Of a DNA stretch of 64,000 bases, positions 10,052-21,485 are shown one piece after another (the first letter of the stretch is position 1; each line of letters opens with the position of its first letter). Source of the DNA: Ruminococcaceae bacterium UBA6413 (GTDB lineage: Bacteria > Bacillota > Clostridia > Oscillospirales > Ruminococcaceae); assembly GCA_002437415.1 (NCBI GenBank), contig DJPL01000042.1, positions 91,752 to 155,751 of the forward strand, read 5' to 3'. The notes beneath the pieces were generated by a model. That model searched no databases. It was not told the DNA's origin and worked only from the letters and a program-made list of their open reading frames with translations. The translations under genes and the position numbers were made by a program.

Positions 10052-11686
10052 TTATTCTACTGATACGAGGTAGTAATATACAGGCTGTCCGCCGTTTATA
10101 AGTACTATTTCGATATCATCGCTTATCTTGGCTCTGAGTGCTTCAAAAGCCGCCTGAGCGGTTTCATCGGTTACGTCACTGCCGTAAATTACAGTGATAT
10201 ATGATGAGCCTGAACGGATAAGCTTCTTTGTTATCTTGATAAGCGCCTTTGTAACGTCCTTTTCGACAAACGCAAGCTTGCCGTTTTCCATGGCGAGAAT
10301 TTCGCCCTTCTTTATCTGTCTTCCCTCAAAGTCGCTGTCGCGTACGGCAAAGGTGATCGAGCCTGAGCCTACATTATCAAGCGCCTTTGTCATATTTGCG
10401 CCGTTCGTTCTGAAGTCGTTGCTTTCGTCAAAGGCGAGCATAGCGGTGATACCCTGGGGGATAGTTCTCGTCTGTAAAACTATAACGTTTCTGTCGGTAA
10501 GCTTTACAGCCTGTTCAGCCGCCATAATTATATTCTTGTTGTTCGGGAGAACGAAGATATTTCTTGCGGGGGTTGCATTGATAGCTTCAAGTATATCCTC
10601 TGTCGAGGGGTTCATTGTCTGACCGCCGCGTACTATAACGTCAACGCCGAGATCCTTGAACAGGTCTTCAAGTCCTGCGCCCGATGTAACGGATACAAAG
10701 CCGAAATCCTTGGTAGGCTCTGCGGGGGCGAGCTTCTGCTTCTTCTGCATTTCAGCCTTTGCCGCCGCACCCTTGTGCTGTTCTTTCATATTCTCGATCT
10801 TGAGATTTATGAGCGAACCGTAGAGGATACCCTCTTCAAGCGCCTTACCGGGGTGCTCTGTATGAACGTGGACTTTTATGATGCTGTCATCGTCTACTAC
10901 AACAACACAGTCGCCGATCGATTCAAGGAAAGCGCGGAGCTTTGTCGCGTCCTTGTTCACATCGCTCTTTACTACTATGAACTCTGTGCAGTAAGTAAAC
11001 TCAATGTCGGTTTCGTATGTGCCTGCGGCGTTGGTTACGACTGCCTTTTCGGTCTTTGTTTCCTCATCCGTTTCAATCATTACGCCGTTGCAAATAACGG
11101 AAGCCATACCCTTAAGTATTGTGTAATAGCCCATACCGCCTGCGTCTACAACTCCTGCCTTTTTAAGAACAGGGAGCATCTCGGGGGTTTGGTCGAGCGT
11201 TTCCTTTGCGGCTGTTGTCAGTACTTCAAACAGCTCGGGGAAGTCCTTGCACTGAGCGTCGGCAGCCTTTTCGCTTGCCACTCTTGCTACTGTGAGTATT
11301 GTACCCTCTGTGGGCTTCATTACCGATTTGTATGCCGCCTCGGCACCCAATTTGAGTGCGTTGCAGTAGTCCTCTACCGTAGCCTCGTGCTTGCCTGCAA
11401 GACCCTTTGAAAGGCCTCTGAATAAAAGCGACAGGATAACGCCTGAGTTGCCTCTTGCACCTCTGAGCATTGCAGAAGCCGCTGTCTGTGCTACTGTTTC
11501 CACTGTCGCGCTGTCGCTCAGCATATTGAGCTCGGCAACGGCATTTCTTATTGTCATAGACATATTTGTGCCGGTGTCGCCGTCGGGAACGGGGAATACG
11601 TTGAGCTCGTCAACGCTCTCCTTGTTATTGATTATATTGCCTGCACCTGAGATGATCGCATCTCTGAGAATTTTTCCGCTTAGCAT
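10052..11686 (-). CDS. fakA: DAK2-domain protein (fatty acid kinase subunit A / YloV-like)
   Basis: [40 protein letters not shown]. Confidence 0.9.
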   Translation of the reverse strand: MLSGKILRDAIISGAGNIINNKESVDELNVFPVPDGDTGTNMSMTIRNAVAELNMLSDSATVETVAQTAASAMLRGARGNSGVILSLLFRGLSKGLAGKHEATVEDYCNALKLGAEAAYKSVMKPTEGTILTVARVASEKAADAQCKDFPELFEVLTTAAKETLDQTPEMLPVLKKAGVVDAGGMGYYTILKGMASVICNGVMIETDEETKTEKAVVTNAAGTYETDIEFTYCTEFIVVKSDVNKDATKLRAFLESIGDCVVVVDDDSIIKVHVHTEHPGKALEEGILYGSLINLKIENMKEQHKGAAAKAEMQKKQKLAPAEPTKDFGFVSVTSGAGLEDLFKDLGVDVIVRGGQTMNPSTEDILEAINATPARNIFVLPNNKNIIMAAEQAVKLTDRNVIVLQTRTIPQGITAMLAFDESNDFRTNGANMTKALDNVGSGSITFAVRDSDFEGRQIKKGEILAMENGKLAFVEKDVTKALIKITKKLIRSGSSYITVIYGSDVTDETAQAAFEALRAKISDDIEIVLINGGQPVYYYLVSVE

Positions 11687-11707
11687 TAGTCAGATACTCT
11701 CCTTGAT

Positions 11708-12091
11708 TTATACTTTGACAGCATCGACAAAAACGTTTACCTTATCAACGGTAAAGCCTGTTTCATCTTCAACTGCAAATCTTACCTTATGAATGATACT
11801 CTTTACTATCGTAGACACATTTACTCCGTACATAACGGAAATGTGAAGGTCGATATACAGCTTGTCATTTTTATATTTTACCGTAACACCTTTTTCTGAA
11901 AGGATAGTCTTGTCGGCAAATTTCCTGACAAACCTAAGAGGTACTTTTTCGATGAATGTCTGCTTTGCGTCAACGGCATTCATTCCCACAATGCCAAAGC
12001 AATTGGTAACAGTACCGCCGATAAGGCTGTAGAAAAACTGCTTTGAATAGGTGATCGTTCCTAAGTGGTTGTTTATCGTGATCATATACAT
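11708..12091 (-). CDS. Asp23/Gls24 family protein (YloU-like)
   Basis: CFGIVGM, IDLHISVMYGVNV, VNVFVD; directly upstream of the DAK2 gene. Confidence 0.9.
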   Translation of the reverse strand: MYMITINNHLGTITYSKQFFYSLIGGTVTNCFGIVGMNAVDAKQTFIEKVPLRFVRKFADKTILSEKGVTVKYKNDKLYIDLHISVMYGVNVSTIVKSIIHKVRFAVEDETGFTVDKVNVFVDAVKV

Positions 12092-12117
12092 AACCTCCTT
12101 GTAAATCGGACTATATT

Positions 12118-12146
12118 ATTATACTATATCCGGCGGCAAATTTCAA
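12118..12146 (-). promoter_or_regulatory. sigma-A promoter of asp23-DAK2-recG-rsmE
   Basis: TTGAAA-17bp-TATAAT. Confidence 0.65.
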
Positions 12147-12160
12147 GCATTTGCGCCAAA

Positions 12161-13036
12161 TTACCGTTCAATTACCGAAATGCCGCAATTTGTAGGACGT
12201 GCGACAAACAAATGCGGGTATTTTGCCGATAAAACGCTCCCAGCCTGCAAAGCCGATTTTTCGTCTGTGAAAAAGCCGAATACCACGCTCCCGCTTCCCG
12301 TCATTTCGGACGATAACGCGCCTGCCGACAGGATATCGCTTTTGATATCCTCGATACGTCTGTCGTGATAGATCTCTGTGAATACATTGCTTATGTATTT
12401 TGCGCTGTCCGTAAGACTGCCGCAGACTATGCTGCTTACAAAATCGGCATAATGAGGGTTTATTGCGGTCGGGTTTTCGTCATATTTTGCGTAGCCTGTA
12501 GCGGTACTGAGTGTAAAATCGGGATAAACACAGAGAAATACGCAGTTATGCTCACACTCGGCAGTTATCATATCTCCGCTTGATATGCTGTATTGTGTTC
12601 CGCCTTTCAGGCAAATAGGAACATCTGCACCGATCTTATCGCCGATAGCACAAAGCGCGTCTGTATCAAGCTTTTTGCCGAAAAGCTCGTTCAGTGCAAC
12701 AAGCGTACCTGCGCCGTCAACCGATGAACCGCCCATTCCGCCCATAAGTGGGACGTGCTTTTCTATATCTACCGAAATTTCGGCATTTATGTCGGTCGCG
12801 TCAAAAAACGCTCTCGCGGCTTTCCATACGATATTTCTTTCATCGCACGGAATGTCGGGGTTGTCGCAGGTTATCCCGCACCCGAAGCTGTCGGTGCTCA
12901 GAACGCGCACCGTTATATCATCGTAAGCGTCTACGCTCTGTGTTACGATATTCAGCGAGTGTCTGCCGCTCGGCAGTCTGCCTGTTATATCCAGAAACAA
13001 ATTAAGCTTAGCATATGCCCTGACTTTTATTTTCAT
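12161..13036 (-). CDS. ispE: 4-diphosphocytidyl-2-C-methyl-D-erythritol kinase
   Basis: AYAKLNLFLDI, GHMP loop KHVPLMGGMGGSS, IGADVP, MTGSGS. Confidence 0.85.
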   Translation of the reverse strand: MKIKVRAYAKLNLFLDITGRLPSGRHSLNIVTQSVDAYDDITVRVLSTDSFGCGITCDNPDIPCDERNIVWKAARAFFDATDINAEISVDIEKHVPLMGGMGGSSVDGAGTLVALNELFGKKLDTDALCAIGDKIGADVPICLKGGTQYSISSGDMITAECEHNCVFLCVYPDFTLSTATGYAKYDENPTAINPHYADFVSSIVCGSLTDSAKYISNVFTEIYHDRRIEDIKSDILSAGALSSEMTGSGSVVFGFFTDEKSALQAGSVLSAKYPHLFVARPTNCGISVIER

Positions 13037-14214
13037 TACAGTACACCGAGATCTTCAAGAAACAGTCTTATACGCTCAAGAGCTGTCTTGATATGCTGAA
13101 GTGAATATGCGTATGATACGCGGATATAACCCTCGCCGCACTTACCGAAGGCATCGCCCGGCACGACGGCAACTCTGTGCTTTTCTATCAGCTGTTCGCA
13201 AAATTCCTGTGATGAAAGACCTGTTTTCTTTATCGACGGGAAGATGTAGAATGCACCCTCGGGTTCAAAGCATTCAAGCCCCATCTCATTGAAGCCGTTT
13301 ACTATAAGCCGTCTTCTCATATCGTATTCGTTGCGCATATATTCTATATCTTTTTTGCAGTCCTTGAGCGCTACTACGGCGGCGTACTGGCTCATTGTGG
13401 GTGAACACATTATGCCGTACTGGTGTATCTTCAGCATCTGAGTGATGATAGGAGCGGGTGCTGCGGCAAAGCCGAGTCGCCAGCCTGTCATTGAAAACGC
13501 CTTTGAAAAGCCGTTTATAAGAACAGTGCGCTCTCTCATTCCGTCAATTTCGGCTATTGAGCAGTGCTCTTCATCGCCGTAGGTAAGCTCGGAATATATC
13601 TCGTCCGAGATTACGACAATATTTGTATCTCTGATGACCTCAGCAATCGCTTCAAGATCAGATCTTCTCATAACTGCGCCTGTCGGGTTATTAGGGTAGG
13701 GGAGCACCAGAGCCTTTGTCTTGGGGGTAATGTGAGCCTTGAGCGCTTCGGGTGTTAGCTTGAAGCCGTTTTCAACGCTTGTTTCTATTGCAACAGGCGT
13801 GCCGTTTGCAAGGGTCACTATAGGACCGTAACAGACAAAGCTCGGCTGAGGGATAAGTACCTCATCGCCTGTGTCTACAAGCGCTCTTACGGCAAGGTCT
13901 ATAGCTTCCGAGCCGCCGACCGTCACGAGAATTTCGTGCATAGGGTCATAGGAAACGTGTATTCTGTCGGTTATATAGTCGTTTATCGCACAGCGCAGAT
14001 CAGCAAGTCCCGCATTTGCCGTGTAGTTGGTACGACCCTTTTCAAGTACTCTTATAGCTTCTTTTCTTATTGCCCAGGGGGTCTTGAAGTCGGGTTCGCC
14101 TACCGACAGAGAAATTACATCATCGTAGCTTGCTGCTATATCAAAAAACTTTCTTATGCCCGAAAATTGCAGATCCTGCACCTTTCGGGAAAGTATATTT
14201 TCATAATCCATCAC
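13036..14214 (-). CDS. Class I/II PLP-dependent aminotransferase
   Basis: VGEPDF, PNNPTG, DEIY, FSKAFSMTGWRLG. Confidence 0.92.
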   Translation of the reverse strand: MMDYENILSRKVQDLQFSGIRKFFDIAASYDDVISLSVGEPDFKTPWAIRKEAIRVLEKGRTNYTANAGLADLRCAINDYITDRIHVSYDPMHEILVTVGGSEAIDLAVRALVDTGDEVLIPQPSFVCYGPIVTLANGTPVAIETSVENGFKLTPEALKAHITPKTKALVLPYPNNPTGAVMRRSDLEAIAEVIRDTNIVVISDEIYSELTYGDEEHCSIAEIDGMRERTVLINGFSKAFSMTGWRLGFAAAPAPIITQMLKIHQYGIMCSPTMSQYAAVVALKDCKKDIEYMRNEYDMRRRLIVNGFNEMGLECFEPEGAFYIFPSIKKTGLSSQEFCEQLIEKHRVAVVPGDAFGKCGEGYIRVSYAYSLQHIKTALERIRLFLEDLGVL

Positions 14215-14696
14215 GGAGATACTAAACTCCTTTCATCCGTGTTCTTAAGGAACATCTTGTCTTTTTCTTTATATCTGTGCAGAATGAAGTGTGTTGTTGT
14301 GCTGAGAACACCGCCGAGAGGCGCGAGCCTGTCTGTTACGAACATAGCGACATCGCGCAGGTTTGTGCCCTTTATAGTTACTGCAAGGTCATATCCGCCG
14401 CTCATCAGATAAACGGAGGATACCTCTTCGTACTGGGCTATTACTGCGGCAACATCATCGTAGCCGCACTGTATCTCGGGAGAAACTCTGACCTCGATAA
14501 ATGCGCAGACTGAGTTCCTGTCAAATTCTTCTTCATTTATAATTGCGGTATAGCCGATTATCATTCCGCTCTTTTCAAGCTCCGCTATCATCGCCGCGAC
14601 ATCATCGGCTGAGGTATCCAGCATCGCCGCTAACTGTTCGTTTGAAAGTCTGGCGTCCTGTCTTAAAAGGTTAACAAGCTTTTCTTTCTTTGTCAT
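14211..14696 (-). CDS. Lrp/AsnC family transcriptional regulator
   Basis: N-terminal HTH (LRQDARLS), YLMSGGYDL, TTHFIL; coupled to the aminotransferase. Confidence 0.9.
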   Translation of the reverse strand: MTKKEKLVNLLRQDARLSNEQLAAMLDTSADDVAAMIAELEKSGMIIGYTAIINEEEFDRNSVCAFIEVRVSPEIQCGYDDVAAVIAQYEEVSSVYLMSGGYDLAVTIKGTNLRDVAMFVTDRLAPLGGVLSTTTHFILHRYKEKDKMFLKNTDERSLVSP

Positions 14697-14712
14697 CGTC
14701 TTATCCTCCGAA

Positions 14713-15534
14713 TTATTTTATACTGATAAATGTAGGATTGCGTTTTTTGAAAAATGCAAGCTCTGTAAATCCTACACTTTTTGCGAGTGCTATTGCCTCG
14801 GGAATGCCCTTTCCGAGGTCTTCTGTGCAATGTGCGTCTGAACCGACCGTAAGTATCTTACCGCCGAGCTCCTTATAAAGTCTTACGTAGTATTCATCGG
14901 GCAGAGTAAGACCTATCTTTTGTCTGAGCCCGCTTGAATTTATTTCAATTCCGATATCGTTTTTGATAAGAGTCGAGAATATCTCCTTTATTATCGAAAG
15001 ATACTTGCTCATATCTATATAAAGTCCTGATTCGCCGACAATATATCGTAAGGGATATGTAAGATGTCCGAGAACGTCAAATTCTCCCCAGCGAGCCATC
15101 TCGAGCATTTCTTCAAAGTACAGCTTCATTATCATCTCGGGCTGTACCTCGTTATAATCAAGCAGGTAGAAATCCTCCCAGCCGTTGCACATATGAAGCG
15201 AGCCGATTATGAAGTCGTATTTATAGCTTGACAGCATTCTTTTTGTAAGCTCCATATCCTGAAGCGGCTGTCCGAGCTCAACGCCGTATGCCATATTTAT
15301 CTGCCCCGCATATTTCTCAATTAGGGCGGGAGATATCTCCGACGCTCGTTTTACGGGTTCTTCATAGAGGTATTCCTCATCGTAGAATTTATTTATTTCA
15401 AGGTGATCCGTGAGAGAGTAGTAACTGATACCAAGCTCTATCGCTCGTCTGACCATTTCTTCGGGTTCGTTGCTTCCGTCGGGTGACAGGTTGGAGTGGT
15501 TGTGCACGTCCATCAGAATTTCCGATTTGTTCAT
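14713..15534 (-). CDS. PHP-family histidinol-phosphatase (HisJ family)
   Basis: DVHNHS, TDH, GVELG, DFIIGSLH, GH, EINSS, GSDAH. Confidence 0.85.
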   Translation of the reverse strand: MNKSEILMDVHNHSNLSPDGSNEPEEMVRRAIELGISYYSLTDHLEINKFYDEEYLYEEPVKRASEISPALIEKYAGQINMAYGVELGQPLQDMELTKRMLSSYKYDFIIGSLHMCNGWEDFYLLDYNEVQPEMIMKLYFEEMLEMARWGEFDVLGHLTYPLRYIVGESGLYIDMSKYLSIIKEIFSTLIKNDIGIEINSSGLRQKIGLTLPDEYYVRLYKELGGKILTVGSDAHCTEDLGKGIPEAIALAKSVGFTELAFFKKRNPTFISIK

Positions 15535-15639
15535 TTTTGTTACCTTCCTTTTGCGGCTGTCTATATCTATACACTATTTATTGTACCACAAACGAAGCTG
15601 TTTGTCTATTGAATTATAAAATAAAATCCGCAGTTTTGC

Positions 15640-15671
15640 AAAAAAATACCGAGGAAACAAATTCCCCGGCA
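15640..15671 (-). terminator. Terminator after rex
   Basis: Minus strand CCGGGGAA-TTTGT-TTCCTCGG followed by TATTTTTTT. Confidence 0.7.
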
Positions 15672-15680
15672 GATTTTTAT

Positions 15681-16328
15681 TTACTTGTCATTGTCAAGAT
15701 TGTTATTTACACCGTAGGAAAGCGTCAGCAGACTGTCACCGAGGTGAACATTCTCAACAATTATATTCTTGTGCTCAACGTTTATGTCATAGTGGGAGAA
15801 ATTCCAGAATGACCGCACGCCAAGCCCTGTAAGGCGGTCGACTATCTCCTTTGTTACGGACTTCGGTATGCAAAGAACCGCAACCTCGGGCTTGTTTTCA
15901 CGGCAGAAGCCTTCAAGGTCGTCTATATCCGTGATGGTAAGCTTTCCGAGAGGATTACCGACTATTTTCTTGTTGGAGTCGAATATGCCGATAAGGCTGC
16001 ACCCGCTCTTTTCAAAGTTAATATGCACCGCAAGCGCCGTGCCGAGATTGCCCGCACCGATAAGTATTGTTTTTCTGTGCTTGTCAACACCGAGAATACG
16101 ACCTATTTCTTTTCTCAGCTCCGATACGTTGTAGCCGTAGCCCTGCTGTCCGAAGCCTCCGAAGCAGTTAAGATCCTGTCTTATCTGGGACGCGGTAAGG
16201 TGCATTCTCTCGGACAATTCTCTTGATGATATCTTTGAGATCCGCTGATCCTCAAGCTCGCCGAGAAAGCGATAGTAGCGGGGAAGTCTGCGTATTACCG
16301 AGTTTGATATATTGATGCTTTTCGACAA
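15681..16328 (-). CDS. rex: Redox-sensing transcriptional repressor Rex
   Basis: RRLPRYYR, SQIRQDLNCFGGFGQQGYGY, GAGNLG. Confidence 0.96.
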   Translation of the reverse strand: MSKSINISNSVIRRLPRYYRFLGELEDQRISKISSRELSERMHLTASQIRQDLNCFGGFGQQGYGYNVSELRKEIGRILGVDKHRKTILIGAGNLGTALAVHINFEKSGCSLIGIFDSNKKIVGNPLGKLTITDIDDLEGFCRENKPEVAVLCIPKSVTKEIVDRLTGLGVRSFWNFSHYDINVEHKNIIVENVHLGDSLLTLSYGVNNNLDNDK

Positions 16329-16364
16329 GGTGATGCCTCCTTACAGTTTCGTGTTTTTACTGAA

Positions 16365-17576
16365 TTACAGTGTTTCCTTCAGTCTGTTGTTGATCTCGAG
16401 CAGGAAGTCCTCTGTGTTTACCTTTCTCTTGTTTTCGAGATTTGAAAGTACATAGAGGTCGCCTGTCATAACGCCGTCTTCGATCGTCTTTACAGTAGCC
16501 TTTTCAAGCTTGTCTGCAAAGTCGGAAAGCTCCTTGTTGCCGTCAAGCTCGCCGCGCTTTCTTAATGCGCCTGTCCAAGCAAACAGAGTTGCTACCGAGT
16601 TTGTAGATGTTTCTTCGCCCTTTAAGTGCTTGTAGTAGTGACGTGTTACTGTGCCGTGTGCGGCTTCGTACTCATAAACGCCTGTGGGTGAAACGAGAAC
16701 GGATGTCATCATACCGAGGCTACCGAATGCTGTTGCTACCATATCCGACATAACATCGCCGTCATAGTTCTTGCAAGCCCAGATGTAGCCGCCCTCTGAA
16801 CGTACAACTCTTGCTACTGCGTCATCAATAAGAGTGTAGAAGTATGTGATACCTGCGGCATCAAACTTTTCCTTATACTCGTTATCGAATATTTCCTGGA
16901 AAATATCCTTGAATGTGTGGTCGTACTTCTTTGAGATCGTGTCCTTTGTTGCAAACCAGATATCCTGCTTTGTATCAAGTGCAAAGTTGAAGCACGCTCT
17001 TGCGAAGCTTGCGATACTTGCGTTGATGTTGTGAAGTCCCTGGATAATGCCGTCAGAACCGTTGAACTTGTGGATAAGCTGTCTTGTTTCGTTGCCGTCC
17101 TTGTCGGTCACAACAAGCTCTGCTGTGCTGCCGTCGGCAACCTTCATCTCGGAGTTCTTGTAAACATCGCCGTAAGCGTGACGGGCGATAGTTATAGGCT
17201 TCTTCCAGCCGGGGAGCAGAGGAGTGATACCCTTTACGATAATGGGCGCTCTGAATACCGTACCGTCAAGGATCGCACGGATAGTGCCGTTGGGCGACTT
17301 CCACATTTCCTTTAAGTCGTATTCTGTCATTCTCTGTGCGTTAGGTGTTATTGTTGCGCACTTTACCGCAACGCCGTACTTCTTGGTTGCATTTGCGGAG
17401 TCGATAGTTACCTGATCGTTGGTTTCGTTTCTGTGAACAAGACCGAGATCGTAATAATCCGTCTTTAAGTCAACGTAAGGGCAGATAAGAATATCCTTGA
17501 TCATCTTCCAGATAATTCTGGTCATTTCGTCGCCGTCCATCTCAACGATGGGGGTGGTCATCTGAATTTTTGCCAT
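16365..17576 (-). CDS. icd: NADP-dependent isocitrate dehydrogenase
   Basis: [38 protein letters not shown]. Confidence 0.96.
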   Translation of the reverse strand: MAKIQMTTPIVEMDGDEMTRIIWKMIKDILICPYVDLKTDYYDLGLVHRNETNDQVTIDSANATKKYGVAVKCATITPNAQRMTEYDLKEMWKSPNGTIRAILDGTVFRAPIIVKGITPLLPGWKKPITIARHAYGDVYKNSEMKVADGSTAELVVTDKDGNETRQLIHKFNGSDGIIQGLHNINASIASFARACFNFALDTKQDIWFATKDTISKKYDHTFKDIFQEIFDNEYKEKFDAAGITYFYTLIDDAVARVVRSEGGYIWACKNYDGDVMSDMVATAFGSLGMMTSVLVSPTGVYEYEAAHGTVTRHYYKHLKGEETSTNSVATLFAWTGALRKRGELDGNKELSDFADKLEKATVKTIEDGVMTGDLYVLSNLENKRKVNTEDFLLEINNRLKETL

Positions 17577-17596
17577 TATAGCTTTTCCTTTCGATA

Positions 17597-19546
17597 TTAC
17601 TTGTTGTGCTTGGTGTAGTTAAGCAGTCCGCCTGCGAGCATCATACCCTTGCCGCGCTCGGATAATTCGCAGGTGACTTCATATTCTGTACCCTTTGTTA
17701 TATTCTTTACGGTTATCTTAGTACCGTTTTCTATCGCATTTCTGATACCGGGGAGCTCAAGAACGTCATCGCGGTCGATCTTGTCGTAATCAGCCTCGTT
17801 TACAAAGCACAGGGGGAGAATACCGTTGTTGATAAGGTTCTGTCTGTGGATACGTGCAAACGATTTGCAGATTATAGCCTTTACGCCGAGGTAGAGGGGA
17901 GCGAGCGCCGCGTGCTCTCTTGATGAGCCCTGACCGTAGTTTGCGCCGCCGATGATAATGCTCTTGCCGAGTTCCTTTGCTCTTGTCGGGAAGGTTTCGT
18001 CACATACTGTGAAGCAGTACTGCGAAATTGCGGGGATATTTGAACGCAGAGGTAATATCTTTGCGCCGGCAGGCATAATATGGTCTGTAGTGATATTGTC
18101 GCCGACCTTGAGAGATACCTCAGCCTTGATATCCTCTGCAAGAGGAACGTTTACGGGGAAGGGCTTTATGTTCGGTCCTCTGAGGACTTCTACATTGGGA
18201 GCTTCCTCGGGAGAAGCGGGAGGAACTACCATATTGTCGTTTATAAGGAACTTTTCGGGCATTACATAAGGAGGCATTTCGCCGACAAGTCTGGGATCTG
18301 TAAATACACCTGTGAGCGCTGAGATAGCGGCTGTTTCAGGTGATACGAGGTAGATCTGACCGTCCTTTGTTCCGCTTCTTCCCAAGAAGTTTCTGTTGAA
18401 GGTACGCAGTGAGATACCCTTTGAGTTAGGCGACTGACCCATACCTATGCACGGACCGCAGGCGCTCTCGAGTATTCTTGCACCGGCACTGATAAGTATC
18501 GATAATGCACCGCAGTCGGCGAGCATATTGAATACCTGCTTTGAACCGGGAGCGATCGACAGGCTCACATCGGGGTGAACAGTCTTACCCTTTAATATAT
18601 GAGCGACCTTCAGCATATCCTGTAAGGAGGAGTTGGTACATGAACCGATACATACCTGATCTATCTTGATAGCGCCGATCTCCTTAACGGTCTTTACGTT
18701 GTCGGGGCTGTGAGGACAAGCTGCCATGGGAACAAGCTCTGAGAGATTTATATTTATCTCTTCATCGTATACCGCATCGGGATCTGCGCTGAGAGCTACG
18801 AAGTCCTCTTCACGATCCTGTGCCTTTAAGAAAGCAAGTGTTGTTTCGTCGGAGGGGAAGATCGATGTTGTCGCGCCGAGCTCCGCACCCATATTGGTAA
18901 TTGTTGCACGTTCGGGAACGCTGAGGCTTTTTACGCCTTCGCCGCAGTACTCGATAACCTTACCTACGCCGCCCTTTACGGACATTATCTGAAGTACCTT
19001 TAAAATTACGTCCTTTGCGGAAACCCAGTCGTTAAGCTTACCTGTGAGGTTTACCTTTACTACCTTGGGCATTGTGATGTAATAAGCGCCGCCGCCCATT
19101 GCAACCGCAACGTCAAGTCCGCCTGCGCCCATAGCGAGCATACCGATACCGCCGCCTGTAGGTGTGTGGCTGTCAGAGCCGATAAGCGTCTTGCCGGGCT
19201 TACCGAAACGTTCAAGGTGGACCTGGTGGCAGATACCGTTACCGGGACGTGAGAAATAAATTCCGTGCTTCTTTGCAACACTGCCTATGTATCTGTGGTC
19301 GTCGGCGTTTTCAAAGCCTGACTGGAGTGTGTTGTGGTCGATATAAGCGAGTGAACGCTCTGTCTTTACTCTGTCTATGCCCATAGCCTCAAACTGAAGA
19401 TATGCCATAGTACCTGTAGCGTCCTGTGTCAGAGTCTGGTCGATATGAAGACCGATCTCTGTGCCTTTGATCATCTCGCCGTCAATTATGTGGTTTTTGA
19501 TGATCTTTTCAGTAAGGGTAAGACCCCTGCTTTCGTTGTTTCCCAT
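17597..19546 (-). CDS. Aconitate hydratase
   Basis: [36 protein letters not shown]. Confidence 0.95.
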   Translation of the reverse strand: MGNNESRGLTLTEKIIKNHIIDGEMIKGTEIGLHIDQTLTQDATGTMAYLQFEAMGIDRVKTERSLAYIDHNTLQSGFENADDHRYIGSVAKKHGIYFSRPGNGICHQVHLERFGKPGKTLIGSDSHTPTGGGIGMLAMGAGGLDVAVAMGGGAYYITMPKVVKVNLTGKLNDWVSAKDVILKVLQIMSVKGGVGKVIEYCGEGVKSLSVPERATITNMGAELGATTSIFPSDETTLAFLKAQDREEDFVALSADPDAVYDEEININLSELVPMAACPHSPDNVKTVKEIGAIKIDQVCIGSCTNSSLQDMLKVAHILKGKTVHPDVSLSIAPGSKQVFNMLADCGALSILISAGARILESACGPCIGMGQSPNSKGISLRTFNRNFLGRSGTKDGQIYLVSPETAAISALTGVFTDPRLVGEMPPYVMPEKFLINDNMVVPPASPEEAPNVEVLRGPNIKPFPVNVPLAEDIKAEVSLKVGDNITTDHIMPAGAKILPLRSNIPAISQYCFTVCDETFPTRAKELGKSIIIGGANYGQGSSREHAALAPLYLGVKAIICKSFARIHRQNLINNGILPLCFVNEADYDKIDRDDVLELPGIRNAIENGTKITVKNITKGTEYEVTCELSERGKGMMLAGGLLNYTKHNK

Positions 19547-19578
19547 TTTTTGTCCTCCTGAAAAAAAGATTACAGTTA

Positions 19579-19607
19579 ATTATACATTATATCAAAGTAA
19601 AAGTCAA
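19579..19607 (-). promoter_or_regulatory. sigma-A promoter of acn-icd-rex
   Basis: TTGACT-17bp-TATAAT. Confidence 0.7.
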
Positions 19608-19762
19608 GAATTTGCGCGGTTTGCGACAAAGCGAAAACCGATAACCGCAAAATTTATTTGTTTATATTGCACAAGCACAAACACGGTTTATTATAGGATA
19701 TATAGAAAATCATTTCTGCAAGTGCAAATTTGATGAAATTTGAGAAAATAAACCCTTTGCGG

Positions 19763-19792
19763 TTGACTTCATCAGTGAAGATGTTGTATAAT
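19763..19792 (+). promoter_or_regulatory. sigma-A promoter of the GHL10/amidase operon
   Basis: TTGACT-18bp-TATAAT. Confidence 0.55.
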
Positions 19793-19874
19793 TTACTGTA
19801 TATCCCGTATTTTGCGGGAAATTTTACGAGGCGTATCTGATGCAGAATGTATAAATCACCCGAAAGGAAAATAT

Positions 19875-21455
19875 ATGTCCGTAAAAAAGAAAATTGCCTT
19901 TACTGCGATTGCCGCGGCGGTGTCGGTTATGGCAAGCGGTTGCGGCAAGGCACTTATACTTGAAAATAACCCGTCCGAAAGCGAACGGAATAATAATATA
20001 ATGAGCGGAGTTACCGTCAGCAAAACCGAGATAAAGCCTGCGGAAAGCATACCCGAGCAGACAGGCTCGCATCAGACGACTACTGCCGCAAAAACAAAGG
20101 CTACATCTGTAGAGCAAGCAAAGCCCGAAGCTGTGGCAACGACAGCTGTATCTGACGAGATATCAAACGGTGAGCCGACGGAAAATTCGCGCTATGACAG
20201 CTCAGACCCATTGCCTGAGCCCGACAGCACAGAGCCGCCTGTTTCGGTTATCGAAACCGAGCAGCCCGAAACCGTGAGCTTGGCAGCTGAAAGTAAGGCG
20301 CAGGAAACGCCTGCGCTCACCGACAATCTGCCTGTAAACAGCTACACAGCGCTTAATTACAGCGATGTCAAGGGCGTATGGATATCGTATTTTGAGCTGT
20401 ATCCTATTCTCACGGGCAAGAGCAAGGCAGAATTTACGAGCGACATCGGAGAGTATTACGACAACTGTCTGTCACTCGGCATAAATACGGTGTATGTTCA
20501 TGTGCGCCCATACGGTGACGCAATATACAGATCCGACTATTTTCCCTGGTCGAAATACTGCACAGGTTATATCGGAGAAGATCCGGGCTTTGACCCGCTG
20601 GATATTATGATAGAAGAGGCTCACGCAAGAGGAATATCATTTCAGGCGTGGGTCAACCCTCTGCGTTGCTATCAGGAGGACGACGCTCCGTATGTAAGCA
20701 CCTCTTATAAGACAGGTCAGTGGTATGATACAAAGGACGGCGACTATATCGTCAAGGTAAACTCATACTGGTGGCTCAATCCCGCTTATAAGGAGGTCAC
20801 AGACCTCATTGCACTCGGCGCGGCGGAGCTTGTGTCAAGGTATGACGTTGACGGTGTGCATATAGACGATTATTTTTATCCCACGACCGATGAATCGTTT
20901 GACAGCATCGCTTTCAGCGCTTCTTCGTACAGCAGTCTGTCGCAGTTCAGGCTTGATAATTGCAGCCGAATGGTATCGGGTATGTACAATGCCGTTAAAT
21001 CGCACAATCCGACCGCTGTATTCGGTGTAAGCGCGCAGGGCAACGTTACCAACAACGAAACACAGCTTTACGCAGATGTTGAGAAATGGTCAAGAGAAAG
21101 CGGCTATGTGGATTATATGGCACCGCAGATATACTACGGCTTTGACAACAGCGGACAACCGTTTGAACAGGTCATTGAGCAATGGGACGATATGCTGAGC
21201 GGTACAGGAAAAGCACTGATACCGGGTCTTGCGGTGTACAAGATAGGCACAGAAGACGCCTGGGCGGGCAACGGTCAGTATGAATGGATAAATGATACAG
21301 AGATCATAAAACGACAGATTATAAAGTCACAGGAAACGTCAAATTACGGCGGCGTGATACTTTACAGCTATCAGTTCATTTTTGAGCCCGATGCTGCTGT
21401 AAAGCAGGAGGTGGACGAAGAGATCGCGGCGTTCAAGCCGCTCCTTACACAGTAA
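19875..21455 (+). CDS. Lipoprotein, glycosyl hydrolase-like 10 (GHL10/DUF187, YddW/DigH-like)
   Basis: GAAAGG SD before ATG 19875; lipobox ASGC; S/T/P/E linker; KGVWI, VRPYGDA.Y.S, FDPL..MIEEAHARG, DGVHIDDYFY, DYMAPQIY. Confidence 0.88.
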   Translation: MSVKKKIAFTAIAAAVSVMASGCGKALILENNPSESERNNNIMSGVTVSKTEIKPAESIPEQTGSHQTTTAAKTKATSVEQAKPEAVATTAVSDEISNGEPTENSRYDSSDPLPEPDSTEPPVSVIETEQPETVSLAAESKAQETPALTDNLPVNSYTALNYSDVKGVWISYFELYPILTGKSKAEFTSDIGEYYDNCLSLGINTVYVHVRPYGDAIYRSDYFPWSKYCTGYIGEDPGFDPLDIMIEEAHARGISFQAWVNPLRCYQEDDAPYVSTSYKTGQWYDTKDGDYIVKVNSYWWLNPAYKEVTDLIALGAAELVSRYDVDGVHIDDYFYPTTDESFDSIAFSASSYSSLSQFRLDNCSRMVSGMYNAVKSHNPTAVFGVSAQGNVTNNETQLYADVEKWSRESGYVDYMAPQIYYGFDNSGQPFEQVIEQWDDMLSGTGKALIPGLAVYKIGTEDAWAGNGQYEWINDTEIIKRQIIKSQETSNYGGVILYSYQFIFEPDAAVKQEVDEEIAAFKPLLTQ

Positions 21456-21485
21456 AAGCCGTAATATCGGAAGGAAGAGCAGAAG

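Noticed and set aside
12092..12160. rpmB expected divergent from asp23-DAK2
   Set aside because: The gap is only 69 nt and holds a promoter; no ORF is present
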